From Vermamoeba vermiformis (lineage: Eukaryota), in assembly GCA_045837725.1 (NCBI GenBank), contig JBEWZL010000270.1, positions 310,001 to 369,786 of the forward strand: a stretch of 59,786 nucleotides of DNA, written 5' to 3'. The notes under the pieces were generated by a model. That model was not told the origin of the DNA, made no database searches, and saw only the letters and a list, made by a program, of their open reading frames with translations. Shown here piece after piece: positions 26,084-38,020 of the stretch. The position numbers were made by a program, and so were the translations under genes. Every line of letters begins with the position of its first letter. Positions within the stretch are counted from its first letter, which is position 1.

Positions 26084-28182
26084 ATGTCTTTCGCGCCATT
26101 AATTCCCATTGGTGCTGGAGCCAATCCAGCTTATCGTTTGCGATATTCAATGTACGAAATACCGCCGACTGAAAAAATTACATTGGAAGAGTTTGAGAAG
26201 TTCGCCATTGACAGATTAAAAGGTAAGTCGAAGCTAATTTATCAAATCGAGTCATAAATAATATCAACTATAAATCTGTATGAAAAATTATATTATAGAA
26301 TTACATTTTAATTATTTGTTGTATTTTTTTAGCGTTGAAAGCTCTTGATAATTACCGTATGGCCGGTGCTCGTGGCTCAGCACTCGTAGAGAAGATGCGT
26401 CCTATACTTGAGAAGTACTTGCCTATGCCTAGGTGGTACGTAGAATTTATTTACTCATTAGAGCGATCGAAAGCTAATTCAAAAAAACTGATTAAACCAA
26501 TTGGTCTCAACTGAACTCATTGTATAATATTATATAGGAGAGAAGTACCTAATAATGAAAGCGAGATGGAAGATGCTATCAGAAGAGACGTTGTTTCTCA
26601 TTTCGCGCTTAGATTGGCCTACTGCAAGCCGTAAGTCGCCAAAATACATAGCTGTGACTATTTAACGCTCAACATTTAATTAAGTGCCGAAAGCAATTGG
26701 TTTTTAACCCAAGAGAAGGCTTTGTTGCAGTAAGTACTGAAATTTCCAATAAGGCGCGATCTGACTACGTTGATTTCAGAGTCCGCTTATTGTCTGAACC
26801 GGATGCCCTTGAGACCTTCATTTCTGATAACAACATGAAGTTCCAAAAGGTACATACTAATTTTTAATTCAATCTTACAGCTGTTACAAACTAATGAAAT
26901 TCAGATCGACGCTGCTTCGTGGACCGCGAACGAGCCTTTATTTAGACAAGTATTACAAAGTGTCTATGGTATGTCAGCTAAGGATATCCCTTGCGACAAA
27001 GATAGCTTCTACGTCGTTCCCTTCGAGCAAGCTACGGAGCTTGTTGCGCACCGCAAGGTCTTGTTGCGTGGTGGCAAGGCATTTGTTCATAAGAACGACC
27101 TCATTGCCATTGTATTGGCGCAATTCAGGTAATTATATTACATCTAAACGAATTGTTTGATACTACGGATCTCGATCGCCGTTTGTAAGACGGATTTGAA
27201 ATCAGTTCCAATTGCATTTATTAATCATTTATTGTTTAGAATGCATATAAGTGAGGCCTTGCAGCGAGCCTATAGACAAATGCCCGTGTTCAAGAAAGAC
27301 GAGCGCATCTTCCCGCTCTTGGAGTCGTTCCCTAAGCAGTACTTGGGCAAAGATTATGCCGGAGCTACTAATAGAAAAGGTCGCCATGTTAACATTAATG
27401 ACCTCGATAGCGTACGTTTGAAACATGTTCTAGCGAATCCAAGCGGGATTCGAAGATCAATTTTTCTTAGTTTGGACTAACGGCTCTTATAGCTATCCGA
27501 AACCGCTATGCCTTTGTGCATGAAGAGTTGCCACAAGAGCTTGCGCGCTAATCACCACATGAAGCACATGGGTCGCATGCAATACGGTTTGTTCTTGAAG
27601 GGCATTGGTGTGACCTTAGAGGACGCTCTTGAGTTCTGGCGCAGCGAGTTCTCTCAAAAATTCGGCAACACAGTATTCGAGAAGAAATACGCTTATAATA
27701 TTCGGTAAGTTGCCTCATTATTTTCGATCAGTTGAAATCCAGTACGCGATCTGACAAATTCGGTTAATAGACACAACTACGGTCTCGCAGGCAAGAACAC
27801 TGATTATACACCTTACGCTTGTCAGAAAATTATTGAGATGAAGGCTCAGCCTGGCGATGATCACGGCTGTCCGTTCCGTCACTGGGATCAAGGCACTTTA
27901 GGCCAACAAATGAGCACTGTTGGCATCGCTCCAGCCGAGCAATCGAAAGTGTTTGGATTCTTGCGTCAAGGTCAATATACTCAAGCTTGCAAGCAGTACT
28001 TCATGGCAACACATCCGAATGCACCTGACTACGTCCAGAACCATCCCAATAAGTACTTCAATATGAGCATGAAGTACCACAAGGTTAGCGTGAAGACAGA
28101 GCCAGATCAACAAGCAGCAAGTGCTGCGGAACAAAGTCAAGCTACGACTACAGCCACTGATACTCAAATGACGGATGCTTAA
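26084..28182 (+). CDS. PRIM2: DNA primase large subunit (Fe-S), multi-exon
   Basis: [78 protein letters not shown]. Confidence 0.97.
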
Positions 28183-28328
28183 TTGGATCTGTTCATTGAG
28201 CAACTCATGTAATGAGCTTGGCTTAGTTTTAATAAAATATTGTACAATTGATTAAAGATTTTAGTTACTACTCGCATTGAGTTTGCGAAATATTTGGAGA
28301 ACCGATCAAGCGTTGTTGATTTATTTTT

Positions 28329-29844
28329 TCAGCGTTTGACTCGTTCAAGCTTGAATCTGCTCAACATCCATTCAGCAAGACCGTCAAGTGCTTGACTGCC
28401 TTCAGGCACAATGCCACTGAGCATCGAAGGACAATGGAACATTCGTGGAGCAATAGTCAGATCGACTTCGTTGCCCAACTTCTTCAATTCGTCGCTGAGT
28501 TGAATATTTCCGTCGTGCAATGGATCGTATTCACCGACTTGAATGTTGATAGGCGGCAAGTCTTTCAAGTCCGTGTAATATTTCTTCAGCGTTTCGTTGT
28601 TGGCCTTTGTTGCGTGTGCGAATGCAGCGAACCAATCGGTCATTGATGGAGTCAACCATGAATAAACCTTCTTGTCGCTGTATTGTCTTGAGTTCCACTG
28701 GTCTTGAGGCTTATAAGTGCTCAAGTACTCGAAGCCCAAGTCTATAAAAATGGTGTCAGATAGGCAGATCGGATCCAGCTAAAAAGACTTGACGTGTCAG
28801 CGTCTAGTACTTACGAGAACTCCATGGAGCAATAGCAGCCGGTAAAGGGAATCCTTCGTGCTTAGCAGCGACTGTTGTCAGCAGTGTCATTGCACCACCA
28901 GCAGAGCATCCATAAACAACGAGCTGATCTGGATTCACGCGCTCGATCTTGATCAAGTATCTGTTACAAAAGAATATAAGTACGTTTTTGTATCAACAGA
29001 ACACACCTGTATTACCTATATACAGCAACAGCATCGTTAACTGCATCTTGAATGGAGTTTTCAGGCATCAATCTGTAGTCCACGCTTAACACGCGTGCAC
29101 TCAATTTTTTGGCCAAATGAGCAGCAGGATGTGCTTCAACATTGATAGAGCCGATGACAATACCTCCCTATAGTATAGACATTAGCGTTATTACATACTT
29201 GAACGAAGGCTACTTACACCATGGAAATACAAAATTGTGCGCGATGGATGCGCGTTTACAGGGGTAAACCAAGCAACCTAAATCGATGTTAGTATTATAC
29301 TCATTGATAAATAAAGTGTACTTAGCGTACTGGAACTTTTGCTATTTGGAAAGGGGTAATCAGAACGTCGGATGCAGGAGGCTGCAGATAGTGAATCGCT
29401 TCCATCATCATTCGGCTGTTGTATTCCGTTATTATTAGATAAATAGTACTATTGTTAATATGTACAGCACGTACGCTTCTTTGTAGTCAGATTTTCCTTC
29501 CTTGGCAGTTAGACGGCTCATTAAAGCAAAGCTACGAGCCTCTGGCGACCAATCTACGGCAAAAAAATTGGAATTAATATTATTATTATTCAATACGAAT
29601 TATAAGCGCGAGCAGGATGAATTTAAAAGAATTATTTCGATCCAAAACAAATAATTTTTGTAAGAGGGGTGCATTATTAACAATTTTAATATTTACCTTC
29701 GAGACCTTTAGTAGGAAAATATGTCTCTACTAAAGTGAGGCATTTAAGCACGCCTCTTGCCATGATCTGGAACGTGGTTTCTTTGTAGATCACCGCTGGG
29801 ACCAACAGAGCGACGAGCAACACTAATATTGATAGTTTGCGCAT
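28329..29844 (-). CDS. Alpha/beta hydrolase, hormone-sensitive-lipase-like esterase, multi-exon
   Basis: LYFHGGG, SVDYRLMPE, nucleophile motif GCSAGG, LPPINIQVGEYDPL, MFH; N-terminal signal/anchor. Confidence 0.88.
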
Positions 29845-30238
29845 AGTTTACCGTTGCGTTTAATTGGTCACATTAAAAAAGCGGGTGTTTTTTGTTGACA
29901 CGAGCAAAACTTTGATGATTCGTATTTACTCAGACAAAAACGAGAATACCAAAGGAGCCAAATAGGCATGTAAATGTAGGTACTTATGCTACGAGAATCT
30001 TTGTGAACTGAATAGCGATTTGAGCATCAATCATAACTGGATTCAGAAACGAACTTATTATCATAATTTCGTGGTGGAAATACTCAAACCACCTAGTAAT
30101 ATTTGGAAATTTGTATTTTATTGCAATTTTACGACGTAAGCACCGTTCACAATCTTGGTGACGAAGCAAATTTTGATGACGAGGCAAAACAATCTATTTA
30201 AGGCGTAAAAATATCTTGATTAATTATTAGAATAATAG

Positions 30239-32461
30239 ATGCACATAATGAGCACCATGAAAACCATTATCATCCTGATTGGCTTGATCTACGTGGCATC
30301 TGCGACAACTATTCCAAATGCCTACATTCAAGACATCACAAAAGCTAAAGTAACAGGCGCAACTGTATATACTTCATACGCAGAACTACAAATTGAAGTT
30401 CCATTCAACATATCTTCAGGTAATTCTTTAAAACAGTGGATCTGTCAAAGGCGCGAACTCATCTTGTTGTGCGTAGGACGAACGGAGGTCTTATTAACGA
30501 ACCTACCTTCGTACACTATGTTCGATGGCACATTTAGAGTATCGACAAAGCACTCACAAGTCACAAGCGTAAGTTTTCGAACAGATCTGTACACGCACCT
30601 TGTGCTAACATACTCTAGTATGCACTCGGTCATCGATTGATACCAAGTGGTGTAGTCAATAAGACTCGCCTAGCGGAGTACGAAGACGAGCTTAAAAGAG
30701 TTGAACACGAATACAGTGCGACAACAACACTTGTTGGAAACCTCGAAGAGCGTAAATCAACCTTGAAGCTTTTGATGCAACATCGAGGCGAAAAGGCGTC
30801 AAGTGCCGAGGAAATAGAGGCCATGGTCGATCTTGTAGCGACTAAGGGTGCGGCTATTGCGAAAGAACTTGCCGAACTGAAGATCAAAGAAGCTCGTAAG
30901 TAGATTCAGATACTTTCAAAAGTCGAACAAAGACTAACTGCCATTACAGAATTGAAAAAAGACAAAGAAAACCTCGTTGAAAAGATTAAAGAAGAAAAGA
31001 AGAAGGGCAATGACGTCGAGGACTATGTTGTGTCTATCATCTTGAACAACAATCTCGAAATGGAAGGACCTGTTGAAGAGCTAGTAACCGTCAAGTACTT
31101 GGTCAGTTCAGCATCATGGAACGCTTCATATGAAATTTATTATAAGCCTGAAGACGGCACTGCTCATTTACAGTACTACGCTGAGATCCTGCAATACACC
31201 GGATTTGACTTTGACAATGTATGTCTAGCGTACCAGTTATTATGATGATACTAAAATTATTACTTAGGTACCTATTACGTTGGCTACGGCTCGCTACATG
31301 AATGTTGGAAAGATTCCTGAGTTAGCATCCGTTCAAATTGAAATTGGTACGTGCATCCGTCTCAGATCTGCTTCACGCAAGACATTTCTAACAATATTAT
31401 ATGAAATAAAGCACCTAAAGGCTTTGTTTCATCACAAAACATTCAAGAGTCGTACGTGAAGTCCAGCAAGGTGAACTACCGTCAATACACCCAAAAAATG
31501 GCCGGGACTGCAGAGGATCAAAGTTTTATGGCCGCAGAAGCTGGTTTTGGTGTGATGCACGAGGAGATGACCGCTGCTATCGTGGAAGATAAATTTGTTG
31601 CAGCGACTTTCCAACTGAGCCAACAACTCTTTGTGCCGTCAAACATCCGAGTGCCCAGCAAGGTAAGTCAACATCGACACCTATAACAAATCTAACACGT
31701 ATTCTATCGTGTAGGTATTGATCGCAAGTATTCCACTCAAGCTGAATGTACGACACTACGCAGTCCCCAAACTTTCAAGTCACGCCTACTTGCGTGGTTT
31801 TACAATGAACCCGAGCAAGTTGGTCTTGTTGAGGGGTCCTTTGTCTGTATATATTAACAACAGTTATGTCACCAAGACCGTGTTGACGAAGGTACGTTTG
31901 GCCAAACATCCCGCCTTGAACACAACACAATAGCTAATTGTTGCACGGTAGGATGTTCAACCTGAAGCCAAGTTCAGCGTGTTGTTGGGCATCGATGAGG
32001 GCATTGAAATTCAGTACAAGCCCGAGAACAAGTTCAAAGAGACCGAGGGCTTCATTCAATCTTACACCGTGCAGCACGCGTACCTTACAATTAGCGCCAC
32101 TAATAACAAGCAAGAAGACGTAAGTTATCAGGTTCATTATTATATCAAGGTGTAGGATGGCATTGACTAAAAGCTTCATTAGGTCACGATCTGGATCTAC
32201 GATCAGTTGCCTAAGAGCACTGACGAAAAGATCGTAGTCAGCCTCATCGAGCCAAGTCCCGAAAAGGCCGCAAAAATAAGTTCTACTGATGACACTGACA
32301 GCAGTAACGAGACTGCAGCGTTCACGGTCAATTCAGCGACGCAAACTGTTCGCTGGATCGAGACGATTAAGCCCGGCCAGACAAAGCAATTGCCGTTCCA
32401 TTTTAAGGTGACTTACCCTGAGAAGGAAAGAATTGTTGTGCAAGATAAGAACAAGTTGTAA
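30239..32461 (+). CDS. Second DUF4140/DUF4139 family protein, with predicted signal peptide
   Basis: VTGATVYTSYAEL, SASWNASYEI, YYAEILQYTGFDF, VPKLSSHAYLRG, LLGIDEGI, DQLPKSTDEKIVV. Confidence 0.85.
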
Positions 32462-33105
32462 TAAGCCAGTAAGTGCTTGTTGTTTGATAAAACTTCTTCA
32501 TTGTCTTCTAACTTATTTAACTCCGGTAAACGTTAATCCGATACGTCTGAAAGTCCTTGAACGGTTTCATTGCAGGCCGTTGGATCCAACGCTGCATCAA
32601 CATCAACTTCAAACCCCTCTGTTCGAGCTGGCGTGTTATTATTGGTTTCGATCTGGTAGTAACGTTACATTTAATTAAGGTGCATTGACCAAAGTTTGAC
32701 TTTCTACGAAATTTCAAATGAATTACAATTTATCTCGGCTCAAATGAAAGATTCATCGATCCAGTTAGCAAAACATTATAATATACATGGAATATATATG
32801 GTTTTGTTGATAACGGACTTGGAAGGATTTGCTGCCACTGCCGAAAAGTGGATGTCGGCAGTTTTTCTGCGCGCCAACCTGCAGGTTTTGTGGTTTCCAG
32901 TACTGAGCACCATCCAATTGTTCAACTAAGAAGAAATTTGCCGTCAAACAGCTGCCAAAATTAGATTTTTTCTGAACGTTTGAACTTTTCAACGTTTACC
33001 AGCAAAAAGTTACCAAATTTGGAAACTACTGAACGAAACCATTTCTGCTCATTTCAAAAAGTTGTTTATCATCTCTACCGAGTAATCATAGACCACAAAT
33101 CAACT

Positions 33106-34759
33106 ATGTCGCAACAATTGGATTGCTTGATCGTTGGTGCAGGCTTCTCCGGCCTGTACATGCTTCATCGCGCTCGCTCTCTCGGCTTATCCGTTAAAGC
33201 TGTAGAAACTGCTCCTAACGTTGGCGGAACTTGGTTCTGGAATCGCTATCCTGGTGCCTCATGCGACGTAGACGTAATTGGTTAGTAGATCAGTTCGGTT
33301 CTAACGGCTCGGGTTTACATTTCTATTTTTAGACTACTCTTTCTCCTTCGACAAGAACCTCCAAAATGAATGGACGTGGAAGACAAGATTTGCTTCTCAA
33401 AAAGACCTCTTTCAGTACCTGCTCCACGTAACCGACAGATTCAACCTTCGATCCGACCTTATTTTCAACACTAGCGTCACTGCTGCTTCATGGAACGAAC
33501 AAGAGGCCCGATGGAACGTTACTTGCAACACTGGGGCTTCATTTTCCGTCAAATTCCTGGTCATGGCTACTGGATGCCTTTCCGCTCCCAAAGAGATCGA
33601 CATTGCCGGAAGCACTTCCTTCAAGGGCGAAACATATACAACGAGTGCTTGGCCAGCCCACGACTTAGACTTTACTGGCAAGCGCGTTGCAGTTATCGGC
33701 ACTGGCTCATCCGGAGTTCAAACCATTCCCGAAGTCGCCAAACAAGCCAAACACGTCTACGTCTATCAACGCACTGCTTGTTATGCCGTACCTGCTGGCA
33801 ATCGCACCTTCACTGAAGAAGAGATCAAGACAACTAAAGACCAGTACGATCAACTTCGTGCTGGCATGCGCAACACCTTCTTCGGAGTGGCCACGTACCC
33901 GATAGTTACGACAGCTTTTGCGACAGTATCAGCTGAAGAGCGTCAAAAGATCTACGAGAAGGCTTGGACCGAGGGAGGCTGGAACATGTTGATGTGTTTC
34001 GTTGATAATTTGGTCAACAAGGAGGCCAACGACGCTGTTTCTGAATTCGTCAAGAACAAGATTCGCAGCCAAATCAAAAACCCGCAAACGGCTGAAGATT
34101 TGGTCCCGACGGATTATGGCTTTGGCTTGAAACGCGCTTGCTTAGAGAACGGTTACTACGAGGCCTTCAATCGTCCGAACGTCAGTTTGATCAACTTGCG
34201 CAAGACTCCTATTGTCGAAATCACACCGACTGGCATCAAGACTAGCGCAGGAGAACAAGAACTCGATTGCATTATTTACGCAATGGGATTTGACGCCTTC
34301 ACCGGTCCGTTGACTCGAATCAACATCCAAGGTCGCAACAACGAAACAGTGAAAAATCATTGGAGCCAATCGACGAGTTCGTACCTTGGCTTAGCGTTGA
34401 ACAACTTTCCAAATTTGTTCACGATCTGCGGTCCCGGAAGTCCCTCCGTTCTCAGCAACATGGTGCTGTCGATCGAAGAGCACGTGAATTGGGTTACTAA
34501 CTGCTTGGCGTACCTGCAAAAGAATAACATTAAGACGATTGAAGCCACCAGACAAGCTGAAGACGAGTGGACCGGTCTCGTGAATATCATTGCGAATATG
34601 ACCTTGTTCCCAACCGCCAAGAATTCTTGGTACAACAACGCCAATATTGCGGGGAAAAATCAAAATTTCACGCCTTATGTCGCTGGTGTCGGTCCTTACA
34701 GTCAAAAGATTACGGCTGTGGCTGCTGCAAACTACGAAGGATTTGTATTAACTAATTAA
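33106..34759 (+). CDS. Type I Baeyer-Villiger monooxygenase (cyclohexanone/phenylacetone monooxygenase-like); one intron at 33281-33332
   Basis: GAGFSG, GGTWFWNRYPGASCD, ATGCLS, FKGETYTTSAWP, GTGSSG, KRACLENGYYEAFN, GPGSPSVLSNM. Confidence 0.95.
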
Positions 34760-34847
34760 AAGTCTTTATTTTTATTAATAAAATTTCTATTCGTTCCAAA
34801 CTGAATAGTACTGCAGCAAAATCTATGTTGACGCCCGGATCCACGTT

Positions 34848-37281
34848 TTATTTCTTTTTTTTCGGTTTCTTATTGTCACTCATACGACTAGTATTTTCTA
34901 CAACAACAGTCTTCGTGTACAGTTCTGTCGGCCATTTATCAGGCTTGACGAGCTCACTTTTGCCGTTGACAACTTGTTCGCAGAATATCAGCACATCGCC
35001 CGTGACCACAAAATCTCGATCAAGTGAGACTAATTTTTGCAGTTCTGCGGTGATATTTGCAGATTCAGTGGTGTAGGGACAGAACGGCATGTACACAGAG
35101 CCACCGGCCACGCGGAAATATTCTTGCAGCAGTTCATTTGCTTTGACATTCGGCTTGGCTTTCTTATTGACATTGCCTTTGAACAGCATGATATAGCTAA
35201 GTATGTTGAAGTCAGACTTTGCATTAATGAATTTTAACCCTTTAGTGACGGGAAGAGCGTGACAAACGATCGGTCAAACGCCGGTCAAACCAAATTTTTC
35301 GGCAACCAACACACAATAATTGTTAATATTTAATAATATTTACACAACTATATATGTAGTATAGTCGTGGTAATTGGCTCGAAAAATTTATCGATAGAGC
35401 CGAGAAAAAAATTAATTCTTTATGAAATTTCGTAGAAAGTCAAACTTTGTCAACGTCACGCTTTCCCCGTCATGAAAGGGTTAAATTGGAATTGACCAAT
35501 CACGTACCGTTTGCCTTTTGGATTTTTCATGACGTAGCACGAATGAACCTCGTCCACAGTTGATTTCAATACTTCCATGGCAAAACTGAGCAAGTTGGTG
35601 CTTTCGATAGTGATTTCCTAATATAGTAATTAGCACTTTGTAGCAGAACCTCGAGTCATACCCTCAGCTTGCTATCTTCAGTGACATGCATCACACTGAT
35701 CGTGCTGGGCTTGGTATCGAAGTACAACAACATAACTGTATCATCGGTCTGCACCACGAACTCGTTGGGAGAATGCTGCGTTTGACACGTGTCAATGAAA
35801 TGTGTCACAAAAAAGTTCGATGAATAACGTACCCTAATGACATGTTTCGCCATAGATCCTCGATAGAACACTGAGCCAAGTGTTTTTCGTGCATTCACGT
35901 CGTAAAAAGTCAATCCAGATTTAAGTCGAAACACGAGCAGATCGTCGAACAAAAAGAGCGGGAAATTTTGTAGGTATTTCATCTTAAATGCTGCGTAATT
36001 ATTGCGTCTATCAAATATCCATATGAACCCAATCGTTGAACAAACTAACTGTTAAAAGAAATTAGCACAAGCGATCAGTTGATAATTTAGATCCGTACCA
36101 AGGTATCGTTCAACGCCGCATAATAAACCCCTGTATCAATCGGTAGCTGGCGCACGAGTTCAAAGTCTTGATAGATGTACAACACACCGGGTGTAGTAGA
36201 AACAATAGTGTTTTTACAGAACGCTAGCACTGGTCCATGGATGCCCATTGAAAGGTCAATTTTTTCATTTTTCACCCAGTCATATAGCACAGAGTTGCCA
36301 AATCTTATAGTATATGATTCGTTATTAAAAAATAGATTAATTATTAAAAAAAAATACTGCACCGGCTGAACTCACCTTGGCTCCACTCCGATGACTTGAG
36401 TTACCGTCGGATCAGTGTTAAAAATAGCTTGTTTGAAGTGACCGTCATGCCACGGGAGATTTCGTTCAGCTGAAAATTTAATCTCGGAGATATCAAACGA
36501 GATTTTGGTGGCTTTTAAAGTATGCCATTCGACAGCCAAGTAGCCGTCAACGTTCTAAATAGAGTATTAGTGTATAATGGATATTGTCCTATACTTACGA
36601 ATGATAGTAAGTAATTTCCAATGGCTACAGAGTACCACGATCTGCCGAGTTGCTAAAAATACCAGATCAGTCGATCCAAAAAAGTTAAATCAGCGCGTGT
36701 ACCTTAGAGACCTCCCCAGTATAAATATTTTTTGCTTGACAACCGAGTACTTTAACAGAATTCTCGCCTGCTTGTGTGCCACAGGTTGCAATTACATTGT
36801 CTTTATGCATCGAAATATGCGGGCCAATGAATCTGTTTTCGCAATGCACCTCGTGGTTTGCAATAAGAGTTTTGATATATACGCTAGTAATACGAAGTTA
36901 GTGATGTATTTTCGGCATAAAAAATCGTTGCTAACTCACTTTCCAGTTTGGATCGCCTTGTAAACTTTTGATTTTCGAATATGTAAAAATCGCCAGGATT
37001 GATTTTCATATGGCAGAGTATTATCGAACGGAAAATCGACGTGGTACAGGTGCTATAGAAAAATTAGAAAAATTATAAATTATAAAGAAAAATAAAAATA
37101 AAGAAAAATTCAACCAAAAATATTTAATTAAACAGCGCTTAAGACTGACCTTCCATAAGTGATCATCGAGTACGTTCAATCGCCAGCTCTTGCACACAGA
37201 CGAGCATCGAAGTAAGGAACGCAGATCAAGCTGAAGCAGCGACGAAAACAAGATCTCGCTGGGCAAATTAGACCAATTCAT
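34848..37281 (-). CDS. F-box protein, multi-exon
   Basis: N-terminal WSNLPSEILFSSLLQLDLRSLLRCSSVCKSWR; successive minus-strand exons down to ORF 34848-35189. Confidence 0.75.
35238..35480. mobile_element. piggyBac-type non-autonomous element (MITE), 243 bp
   Basis: TTAA at 35234-35237 and 35481-35484; 26-bp imperfect TIRs CCCTTTagTGACGGGaAgAGCGTGAC versus CCCTTTcaTGACGGGgAaAGCGTGAC; lies in an intron of the F-box gene. Confidence 0.88.
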
Positions 37282-38020
37282 GTTAGTTCGTTCTATTGAT
37301 GTCTTGTGCAGTCTGTAAGATGGTTGAATAAATAATACCTTCAAATCTAAATTTGTTTCGGTTGCTCTTGTTCTCGGGCTATCTAACAATTTTCCCGCGA
37401 CAATCAGATTCTATTCTCAAGTTTCTTCCGAACTATATCGGTGATATATTGTATATTATCTTTTATAATGTATGGAAACGAAGAGCAGAAAAGAACTACT
37501 TTTCGCGATCCCTTTTAAAACTGTGACCCAATCAGCTGCTTTGCACTGCCTTCTGTTCTATCAATTGCAATAATATTTTTGCTGGATTTTAACAATTTTT
37601 TCAGCTCGCTAGAATCGACATCCAACGAATTGTTAACTCGATCTGGCTTTTATCAAAAGCATCCAGGTTGCTCGATCGAGCTGCAGCTTATAATATAAAA
37701 TCAGTATTCTCGTACGATTATCTGGATCTTTACGTACTACTTACCATCATGTTTTTTGCCTATGAACCATCGTTGTGGCTACCACGCATAACTAACTACG
37801 AGATTGCGTTGCAACGTAAAGCTGGCTATTGTTCCAGCACTTCTATCAATAAAGATTTTGGCTGCATTTGTGCTTGTGCTGTCCGGGTTGGAAAAAACGA
37901 AAAAACACAAATTCGAAAAAGAAGCACGTGCGGCGTCAATCTGACAAACGAAACTGCCGCACAATCATTGTAAAAATTTACTAGATTGAAGGAATTCTTA
38001 CAGGACAAACTGAGCATATT

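Noticed and set aside
33106-34759. Bacterial contamination
   Set aside because: The gene has a canonical spliceosomal intron and is flanked by intron-rich eukaryotic genes
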